A DNA stretch of 64,000 nt from Patescibacteria group bacterium (GTDB lineage: Bacteria; Patescibacteriota; Microgenomatia; UBA8517), in NCBI GenBank assembly GCA_036381415.1, contig DASVCV010000002.1, positions 84,091 through 148,090 of the forward strand. Reading direction: 5' to 3'. Below the pieces are notes generated by a model that was not told the DNA's origin, did not search any database, and saw nothing but the letters and a program-made list of their open reading frames with translations. The translations under genes and the position numbers were made by a program. This document shows, one piece after another, positions 56,753 to 64,000 of this stretch (position 1 is the stretch's first letter; each line of letters opens with the position of its first letter).

Positions 56753-57664
56753 ATGATTAAATTTTTGTTTATTTTGAGCCTTATTGCTTGTTTAGTTTTA
56801 GTTGGTGTTTATACAATAGTTTCAAGTAAAGAGAAATTAAAACCTACTGTTCAGGTAAGTTTGCCGATTCCTACATCTATTACGCAGCAGGCTGTGGTAA
56901 CTACTCCCTTATCTTCTACTCTTAAAATAAAAGATAAAGTGAAAGCTGAGTTGGGTGGTATTGGTGGAACTTACGGAGTTGCAGTTAAAGATTTAAAAAG
57001 AAATGCAACTTATCATGAAAATGAGCATATTCCATTTGAGGCAGCAAGTTTATATAAGCTTTGGGTAATGGCTGTAGCTTATCAACAAATCCAAAGTGGG
57101 AAATTAAGTGAAGGTGAGATCCTAACTGGAGATGCTTCTGGTTTTAGTTATGAGTTTGGAGATTTTGCTACACCTGGTGAATCAGGAGGATCTTATACAG
57201 TTAAAGATGCACTAAAACAAATGATTACAGTTTCTGATAATTATTCTGCTTATCTGCTTTCAAACAAAATAGGTTTATCAAGTATTACTGACTTTTTAGA
57301 TAAGAATGGGTTTCGTGAGTCTTATATAGAGGTTGATAACCCGACAACTACTGCTTACGATGTAAGTCTTTTTTTTGAAAAGCTATATAAAGGTCAGCTG
57401 GCGAATAAAACTAATACAGATAAGATGCTAAGCTTGCTTCGTGATCAACAGTTAAATGGTGGAATACCTAAGTATTTGCCAGAAGGAATTTTGGTCGCTC
57501 ACAAAACGGGAGATATAAATTCGTTTACCCATGATGCTGGAATTGTATATGGAACTAAGAGGGATTATATTATTGTGGTTTTGACTAACTCGGGTGAGAA
57601 GAAAAATGTTCAAGAGGAAATTGCTAACTTTTCAAAAGCAATTTACAACTATTTTTTAAATTGA
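56753..57664 (+). CDS. class A beta-lactamase-like serine hydrolase
   Basis: ASLYK (SxxK), SDN, KTG motifs in canonical order. Confidence 0.75.
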   Translation: MIKFLFILSLIACLVLVGVYTIVSSKEKLKPTVQVSLPIPTSITQQAVVTTPLSSTLKIKDKVKAELGGIGGTYGVAVKDLKRNATYHENEHIPFEAASLYKLWVMAVAYQQIQSGKLSEGEILTGDASGFSYEFGDFATPGESGGSYTVKDALKQMITVSDNYSAYLLSNKIGLSSITDFLDKNGFRESYIEVDNPTTTAYDVSLFFEKLYKGQLANKTNTDKMLSLLRDQQLNGGIPKYLPEGILVAHKTGDINSFTHDAGIVYGTKRDYIIVVLTNSGEKKNVQEEIANFSKAIYNYFLN

Positions 57665-57668
57665 GTTA

Positions 57669-58289
57669 TTAATTAAATCTGTTGGAAAGGATTAAGAAAG
57701 ATTGGCTTGGTATTTCAAACCAGAAGGAAGGTCCTTGGGTCCCATCAAGTTTGTCTGTGTTTATTATAATTAGAGTTGGACTTGCCCAGCCAGTTGCCTC
57801 TGTTATTTTGTAATCAGGATATTTAGCTGCAAAGAGATCTGAGAAATTAATCACAGAGTTTTCTTTGGTAAGGGGAGTGCCTTGGGAATTTAGTACTATA
57901 TAGCTTATTCCACTTTTTGTAGTTTCTTTTAGGAAGACATATTTATCATCAGGAGAAAAGGTATTAAAGGGAAGAGAGATGGAACTACCTTCTTCCAAAG
58001 TTTTTGTAAATATTTGTTTTTGAGTTGGATCGTTTGAGGTTGAAATTAATACTGTGTAGGTGGTTGCACTTTTTCCTTTTTCTTCCTTTAAGGTTAATGT
58101 GTGAGATCCGTCTGGAGCTTCCATGGCAGTAGTTTGTGGGGCTGCCTGAGTGGTAACGGGGAAAGTAGGATTACTTGCAACTGATGCAGGAATAACAGGT
58201 TCTTTTTGAGTTATTTTTACAAGCAACATACCTCCTGTTATTAAGGCTACAACAAAGAATAAAAGTAATAGTTTAAGGTGCTTTACCAT
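57669..58289 (-). CDS. hypothetical secreted protein
   Basis: 206 aa, N-terminal TM/signal. Confidence 0.5.
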   Translation of the reverse strand: MVKHLKLLLLFFVVALITGGMLLVKITQKEPVIPASVASNPTFPVTTQAAPQTTAMEAPDGSHTLTLKEEKGKSATTYTVLISTSNDPTQKQIFTKTLEEGSSISLPFNTFSPDDKYVFLKETTKSGISYIVLNSQGTPLTKENSVINFSDLFAAKYPDYKITEATGWASPTLIIINTDKLDGTQGPSFWFEIPSQSFLILSNRFN

Positions 58290-58962
58290 ATATAGTTATT
58301 TTTGTACCTGGATGAGTGCTATCTACGTTGGTTGTGTAACCTGTTGTTGGCGGATCTGCCCAGTCATATATTACTTTTGCATCTACTTCTCTCATATTTA
58401 CACAACCATGACTCATTGAGTGTCCAAAATTATTGTGCCAATATGCCCCATGAAGGCTAAAGCCTGCACCTGCACTTGCATTAGGGCCTGAGAAAAACAT
58501 GGTATATGGAACATTGGGTAGGTCGTAGAAATCTGCTCCCTGGCCTCCTGTCATTCTTGTTGCTCTTAGCTTTACCCAGATTGTGTATTCTCCTGGAGGA
58601 GTGGGTGCCCACTTCCCTGAGGAGATTGGGGCTTTAAGAACTAGGGTGTCTCCCTGATAAGCGGTCAGGGTTTGGTGGGTAAGATCAACATAAATATGCT
58701 TTTCTCCTTGGAGAGTTTTATCTCCTAAGACTTTTGAGGGTTCTTCTTTTTGAGTTAGGTCAATTTTAGGAGGAACTACTTTTTGTCCATTAAAAATACC
58801 TATTTCATTGTTTTCTACTTTAAGTTTTGTACTTTCAGTACAGCTAATGGAGTTGGCACAGAAAGGCTGTTTTGGAAAGAGAATGTTATATGCAAAGCCT
58901 GCAACTAAGGCAATTATAAAAACAAAAGATATTAAATGAAGCTTGGCAGGCTTTAGTGTCAT
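58273..58962 (-). CDS. L,D-transpeptidase (YkuD domain)
   Basis: HGAYWH...SMSHGCVNM catalytic His/Cys motif. Confidence 0.8.
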   Translation of the reverse strand: MTLKPAKLHLISFVFIIALVAGFAYNILFPKQPFCANSISCTESTKLKVENNEIGIFNGQKVVPPKIDLTQKEEPSKVLGDKTLQGEKHIYVDLTHQTLTAYQGDTLVLKAPISSGKWAPTPPGEYTIWVKLRATRMTGGQGADFYDLPNVPYTMFFSGPNASAGAGFSLHGAYWHNNFGHSMSHGCVNMREVDAKVIYDWADPPTTGYTTNVDSTHPGTKITIYGKAP

Positions 58963-59081
58963 CTATTTAAGATTAAGTGAAGTGGAAGGAAAAGTAAAGA
59001 CAGGCTTCTTAAGCTATAGCAAGTTAAGAATAGAAATTACATTTTTAACATTGATATATAGTAAGCTATATAATAATTATT

Positions 59082-60290
59082 ATGGTGCAAAAGCTGGTAA
59101 TTATTTTAGCTGGACTTGTAGCTGGTGCAGTTGGTGTTTACTTTCTTTTAACACAGACAACTTTACTTAATTTTAATCCAAATAGTTTAACAGCAACTCC
59201 CACACCTAAGGTTGGGGTTAAAGCAACTAATAAGCCTACTCCAAAGCCAAATCAAAAGCAGGTAATTGGGTTTTTACCTTTCTGGCTTCTTGATAAAGCA
59301 GAAATTGATTATTCAAGATATATTACAACTCTTAATTATTTTTCTTTGACTATAGATAAAGACGGAACAATACAGAAATATACTAATGCAATTGAAGGTG
59401 AACCTGGATACTTTGCTTTAAAAACAGGAAAAGCAGATCCTTTTCTAAACAAGGCAAAAGAGAAAAATATCTCTCTTTCTTTGGCTGTTTTTAGCGGAGA
59501 TGAAGCAGTTATTGAAGAAATTTTAAAAGATCCTGTGAAGAGTGCAGACAATCTTGTAAATGATGTAGTTCCTATTATGGAGGAGTATGGGTTTAGCGAT
59601 CTTAATTTGGATGTAGAAAGTGTAAAGGATGCAACGCCTCAAACGAGGGCGAATTACACTCAATTTGTTAAGGAAGTTAAGAAAGGGTTGGCTTCCCATA
59701 ATGCAGGAACTTTAACAGTTGATGCAAGTGCAATTGCTTTTGTAAAGGACACTAACTTGGTTGATCCAAAGGCAATTGCAGAGAGCATTGATTATATGGT
59801 TTTAATGGCATATGACTTTCACAATCCTGGATCATATGTGACAGGAGCTGTTGCTCCACTTAGCGGAGCAGGAACGGTTAGTGAGTTTGATACTGAAACT
59901 GCGGTTCAAAGTGCAATTAAAATTATGCCTTCTTCAAAAGTAATACTTGGTATGCCTTTATATGGATATTCTTGGGAGACAATTAACAACACGCCCAGAT
60001 CAGCAATAGTTCCCGGATCAGCTATTATTATTAGTACTCAAAAGGTAGAAGAGTTTTTAAAAACCTGTACAAACTGTGAGAGCGGCTTTGATAATCTTGA
60101 CCAGGAAGAATATGTAATTTATAGAGACACTGATACTGGAACATATCATCAGATCTTTTACCCAACTAGTGCATCAACTGGTGTTAAAGTAAGCTATGCA
60201 GCAAGCAACAGATTGGGTGGGGTTGCTGTCTGGGCTTTAGGATATGAGGATAGTTCTATCTTAGGACCGCTTGCAGGGTATCATTATTGA
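59082..60290 (+). CDS. glycoside hydrolase family 18-like protein
   Basis: GFLPFWLL..., FSDLNLDVE (DxxDxDxE-like with N at second Asp), 402 aa. Confidence 0.65.
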   Translation: MVQKLVIILAGLVAGAVGVYFLLTQTTLLNFNPNSLTATPTPKVGVKATNKPTPKPNQKQVIGFLPFWLLDKAEIDYSRYITTLNYFSLTIDKDGTIQKYTNAIEGEPGYFALKTGKADPFLNKAKEKNISLSLAVFSGDEAVIEEILKDPVKSADNLVNDVVPIMEEYGFSDLNLDVESVKDATPQTRANYTQFVKEVKKGLASHNAGTLTVDASAIAFVKDTNLVDPKAIAESIDYMVLMAYDFHNPGSYVTGAVAPLSGAGTVSEFDTETAVQSAIKIMPSSKVILGMPLYGYSWETINNTPRSAIVPGSAIIISTQKVEEFLKTCTNCESGFDNLDQEEYVIYRDTDTGTYHQIFYPTSASTGVKVSYAASNRLGGVAVWALGYEDSSILGPLAGYHY

Positions 60291-60912
60291 AGACAAATCT
60301 TTGTCCTTCTTTGACTTCAACAACCTGGCTTACATTTTCAGAATCATTATATGCAACAGTTGCTAAACCTTTAGTGACATCAAGTGTAGTAAAAGGAGTG
60401 GTATCTGAAACTGTAAGAGTCATATTTCCCTGATTTAACTGTATAAGTAAGTTTTGAGATCTTACTGAAACTGGTATGGAGTTAAGAGAGGCATAATTAA
60501 TTACTCCTTTTCCTTGTGAGAAAACTATATTAACAGGGAGAGTTTGAACAACTGCAAGGTCAGTGTTAGGAGAGATTGTAAGATTAGCTGCTGTTGGAAA
60601 AGTTAAAGATACTTTTCCTGTCTCTTTTGTAGAAATTGATTCTCCCTGCTGAATTGTTTGAGGAGAAGTTATTTTGGCCGATTCTGTTGCAATTCTACTT
60701 TGCCACTCAACGTCTCCTGATATGGTAACGATTGTGCCTCTAATTGATTGAGAAGGAGCGTTTTCAATGGAGAATTCACTTTGTTTTATAAATGGTGCTC
60801 TGGGTTGGGGAGTTGGAGTAGGAGAGTTGGTTTTGGGAGAGAGTTTTAGAACTGCAAAAATTGAGGCACCTCCAAGAACAGCAAAGACAAGAAAGAGAAT
60901 TATATTTTTCAT
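60256..60912 (-). CDS. hypothetical secreted protein
   Basis: 218 aa, N-terminal TM/signal, Thr/Ser-rich. Confidence 0.5.
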   Translation of the reverse strand: MKNIILFLVFAVLGGASIFAVLKLSPKTNSPTPTPQPRAPFIKQSEFSIENAPSQSIRGTIVTISGDVEWQSRIATESAKITSPQTIQQGESISTKETGKVSLTFPTAANLTISPNTDLAVVQTLPVNIVFSQGKGVINYASLNSIPVSVRSQNLLIQLNQGNMTLTVSDTTPFTTLDVTKGLATVAYNDSENVSQVVEVKEGQRFVFNNDTLQAVLR

Positions 60913-61054
60913 TATATTAGTATAGTTTATTTTAGAAGATTTTTTATATTTTTGTTATTGGTGGTGACCTGGGCTGTGTTTTTACCACAATGATAATCTA
61001 TCATTTAAGTTTGAGAAGTAGCTTAGAATTATCAGTCTTTGCTATATTAAGTTA

Positions 61055-61933
61055 ATGAGGAAGATTTATTTAATAGTATTTGGAGTTTTAATTGTTTTAT
61101 TAGTTGGATCTAATTTAGTAAATATTTCCCGCTGCGACTATCCTGTTCACTATAAATTAGGGACTATTGATGAGAGATTTAATATTTCTTCAGATCAATT
61201 TAAAACTTACATTCGTGATGCTTCTAATATTTGGAATAAATTAGAAGGAAAAGATTTGTATGTTTATGATCCTAATGGAAGTTTAACCATAAGCTTGATT
61301 TTTGACAGCAGGCAGCAGCTTGAGAACCAAATTTCAACTTTAGAAAATCAGGCTAACAAACAAGGGACATCTTTAGATGCACAAGTTGCGGAGTATGAAA
61401 GATTAGTTAGTGAGTTTAATAAAAAAGTGGCTGATTTAAATGCTCAAATTGCAGATTGGAATAGTAAAGGTGGAGCTCCACCTGAAGTTTACCAGCAGCT
61501 AAAGAATGAACAGAAGGAATTAGAAAAAGAAGCGGCTAGTTTAAATGAAACTGCAAAATCACTTAATCTTAAGACCCAATCATACAATTCACAGGTAGTA
61601 AATATTAATACCACTATTGATACTTTTAATTCTACCCTTGCAGTTAATCCTGAGCAGGGAGTTTATAACGGAAATGCAAACACAATTGATATTTACTTTA
61701 GCAGAGATAAAAATGAGCTAATACATACTTTGGCACATGAATTAGGGCATGCTTTAGGATTGAACCATGTAACGGACCCCAAGGGTATTATGTATAAAGA
61801 AGCAACAAGTACAATTGTTAGTACAAAAGATGATGAGAATGAACTTATAAATGCTTGTAAGAAAAGAAGTATCTTTCAAACTTATCTTTCTGGAACACTT
61901 TTTAAGCTATCTTTTTTAAATATTATTAAATAA
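61055..61933 (+). CDS. metzincin-type zinc metalloprotease with N-terminal coiled coil
   Basis: HELGHALGLNH (HExxHxxGxxH). Confidence 0.75.
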   Translation: MRKIYLIVFGVLIVLLVGSNLVNISRCDYPVHYKLGTIDERFNISSDQFKTYIRDASNIWNKLEGKDLYVYDPNGSLTISLIFDSRQQLENQISTLENQANKQGTSLDAQVAEYERLVSEFNKKVADLNAQIADWNSKGGAPPEVYQQLKNEQKELEKEAASLNETAKSLNLKTQSYNSQVVNINTTIDTFNSTLAVNPEQGVYNGNANTIDIYFSRDKNELIHTLAHELGHALGLNHVTDPKGIMYKEATSTIVSTKDDENELINACKKRSIFQTYLSGTLFKLSFLNIIK

Positions 61934-62154
61934 TGAAAAAACATTTTTATGAAAGAGTGGGAAGATCTTTAGCTAAAGCGATGACATTTAGGGGAGTAAT
62001 TTTGATTTCTGACAGCATTATTATATACATTCTAACTAAAAGGTTAGATATTACTTTAGGTGTGATGTTGTTTTCCAACCTTGCCAGCACGATACTTTAT
62101 TTTTTGCACGAAAGATTTTGGAACAATATTCACTGGGGGAAAAAGACAAGGTAA
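61933..62154 (+). CDS. DUF2061-like small membrane protein
   Basis: 73 aa; ...LHERFWNNIHWG C-terminal motif. Confidence 0.6.
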   Translation: MKKHFYERVGRSLAKAMTFRGVILISDSIIIYILTKRLDITLGVMLFSNLASTILYFLHERFWNNIHWGKKTR

Positions 62155-62162
62155 TTTTTTAA

Positions 62163-62306
62163 TTATCCTTTTTTAGATAGGTGTTTGAAGAATTCAACTT
62201 GCCTTAGCCTTTTTTGTGCATCCTGCCTTTTTTTGTAAGGTCCTCCAAGATTTCTTTTTGTTTTTTCAGAGAGGACATAATATCCATCTTTTTTCTTTAC
62301 AATCAT
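62163..62306 (-). CDS. possible small basic protein (47 aa), unlisted
   Basis: translated by eye: MIVKKKDGYYVLSEKTKRNLGGPYKKRQDAQKRLRQVEFFKHLSKKG; no SD. Confidence 0.3.
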   Translation of the reverse strand: MIVKKKDGYYVLSEKTKRNLGGPYKKRQDAQKRLRQVEFFKHLSKKG

Positions 62307-62318
62307 ATATGTTTTATT

Positions 62319-63593
62319 TTAGTGCTTTAATAGGCTGTAAAACATGAGAAGGGCACTAATGGATATAAATACCAAGGTGATATATGCGATACCTTTTATT
62401 TTTTTAGAAGTTCTATTTATTCCTACAACTCTTGGGTCATCTGCAAGTCTAATAATTATTGCAATAAGGGGAATTGAGATAACTCCATTTATAATTGCTG
62501 TGTAAAAAAGAGCTTTTATTGGATTAATTCCAATTATATTCATTAAAGCTCCAACTCCTGTTGCAACAGCTAAGATTATGTAGAAAAATTTGGCTTCTCT
62601 AAATTTTTTGCTTAATCCTTCTTTAAATCCAAATGTTTCTGAGAAGGCATATGCAACTCCTCCTGCAAGAATTGGTACTGATTGGAGTCCAATTCCAATT
62701 ATTCCAACTGTAAAAAGAATAAATGCAAAGTCTCCTGCTAATGGCTTTAGGGCGAGAGCTGCCTGACGTGGAGTTTCAATATCTGTAATTCCACTTACAT
62801 GAAGAGTGGCTGCTGCAGTAATTACAATGAATGTGGAAATTAAATTTGAAAAAATCATTCCTGCTACAGTGTCTTTCTGCATTTGTTTTACTTCAAATTT
62901 AGCAACGTGCGGTTTTTGAGCAAAGTCAGTTATTTTTCCTTCTTTAATTTCTTCTTCAATTTCCTCTGCTGGTTCCCAGAAGAAAAGATATGGAGAGATT
63001 GTTGTTCCTATAAATCCTACTAAAGTCATTACATAGGCTAAATTAAAGTCAATGTGAGGGATTACTGTATTTGAAAGAACTTGTCCCCAGTCTTGTTTCA
63101 CTAAGAAAGCTGTGACCATATAGACAAGAAGGGTTGCACCCATCCACTTAAGATAGTTGTAATATTTTTTGTATGGAATAAATACTTCCATCAAAATTGT
63201 TCCAACTGCAATTATTATGAGCCAGATTACAAAAGGAAGGCCGAGTATCATTTTTACACTTTCCGCCATCATTCCAAGGTCTGCTCCAATATTTATAATA
63301 TTTGCTATAGCAAGAAGTGAGACTGTGACATAGAGGAGTTTCTTGGAATAATACTTATTAATAGTTCCAGCAAGCCCTCTTCCTGAAACAAGTCCAATTC
63401 TTGCACTCATTTCCTGAACAGCAATCATCATGGGGATTAAAAAGAGTGAGAGCCAGTTTAATCTATATCCATATTTGGCTCCTGCAATGGAGTAGGTAGC
63501 AACTCCTGATGGATCATCATCTGCTGCTCCTGTAATAAAGCCAGGGCCAAGTTTTGAAACTTTGTCTTTTATAAGCTTAAATGGCTTTGGCAT
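62319..63593 (-). CDS. mntH: Nramp-family divalent metal (Mn2+/Fe2+) transporter
   Basis: GPGFITGAADDDPSG N-terminal signature, 11-12 TM. Confidence 0.85.
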   Translation of the reverse strand: MPKPFKLIKDKVSKLGPGFITGAADDDPSGVATYSIAGAKYGYRLNWLSLFLIPMMIAVQEMSARIGLVSGRGLAGTINKYYSKKLLYVTVSLLAIANIINIGADLGMMAESVKMILGLPFVIWLIIIAVGTILMEVFIPYKKYYNYLKWMGATLLVYMVTAFLVKQDWGQVLSNTVIPHIDFNLAYVMTLVGFIGTTISPYLFFWEPAEEIEEEIKEGKITDFAQKPHVAKFEVKQMQKDTVAGMIFSNLISTFIVITAAATLHVSGITDIETPRQAALALKPLAGDFAFILFTVGIIGIGLQSVPILAGGVAYAFSETFGFKEGLSKKFREAKFFYIILAVATGVGALMNIIGINPIKALFYTAIINGVISIPLIAIIIRLADDPRVVGINRTSKKIKGIAYITLVFISISALLMFYSLLKH

Positions 63594-63762
63594 TTGTAAT
63601 TAAAGTTAAGCATAATTTAGCTCAAATGTGAAGAGCTTTGCTAATTATTACTTGATTATTACAAAATAAATACAAGGATTTGAAAGTACCCTCTTGACAA
63701 TAACTACAAGATAAAATGTATGATGATATTTGTAAACAAAAAAGAAAGGAGGTGAATAATTA

Positions 63763-64000
63763 ATGTTAAAACTTAAAACAGTAGTTATGTCTACAGTTAT
63801 AGCTGCTTTGGGAATCTTTACCGGAGTTCCTATAACTCAGGCAATGCATGCTGATTATCAACATGCATATCGTCCTTACACAGTAAGGAAAGATTACAAT
63901 CAGCCTTTAACTGCATGGCCTAATTCACAGGCTAATTGGACTCATGCTAGGATAAACAATGCAACACTTATGCCAACCAATCCTTTGGTTTGTGCAGAGG
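63763..64000 (+). CDS. secreted hypothetical protein, 5' part (runs off window)
   Basis: AAGGAGGTG SD, signal-peptide-like N-terminus. Confidence 0.5.
   Translation, partial: MLKLKTVVMSTVIAALGIFTGVPITQAMHADYQHAYRPYTVRKDYNQPLTAWPNSQANWTHARINNATLMPTNPLVCAE

Noticed and set aside
1-64000. rRNA genes, transposases, phage integrases
   Set aside because: No sequence resembling 16S/23S/5S conserved blocks and no DDE/tyrosine-recombinase motifs in any listed ORF.

Overview
The window is a low-GC (~35-40%) bacterial chromosomal segment dominated by the conserved translation/transcription core. It runs: a single fused rpoB-rpoC ORF, the str operon (rpsL-rpsG ... fusA-tuf), the S10-spc-alpha super-operon (rpsJ ... 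rplC through rpsI, with secY-adk-map-infA-rpmJ), then recA-recX-rny-hup, miaA, RNase P RNA, dtd, cca, recJ, aspS, gltX, two tRNAs (Pro-GGG, Gln-CTG), and a 3' region rich in secreted/cell-wall-active enzymes and an Nramp transporter. Several things point to a reduced-genome lineage, possibly Patescibacteria/CPR-like; that placement is inference only. They are: no rpmD (L30) between rpsE and rplO, a Zn-ribbon extension on L24, a fused rpoBC, short intergenic gaps, and non-ribosomal genes inserted inside the normally contiguous str and S10 operons. Findings from my own reading are listed below. They include an unlisted rpmJ, an RNase P RNA that the ORF track mis-reads as coding, a small Zn-ribbon gene with an upstream triple direct repeat, and a recurring promoter-then-hairpin leader architecture before rpoB, fusA, tuf and rplC. 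They also include a tRNA-Pro-adjacent gene encoding three FCS/MYM-like zinc fingers fused to a DUF559-like nuclease fold, and a wHTH-nucleotidyltransferase gene pair. No CRISPR array, rRNA, integrase or transposase was seen. All family assignments are from motif recognition by eye; no database search was possible.
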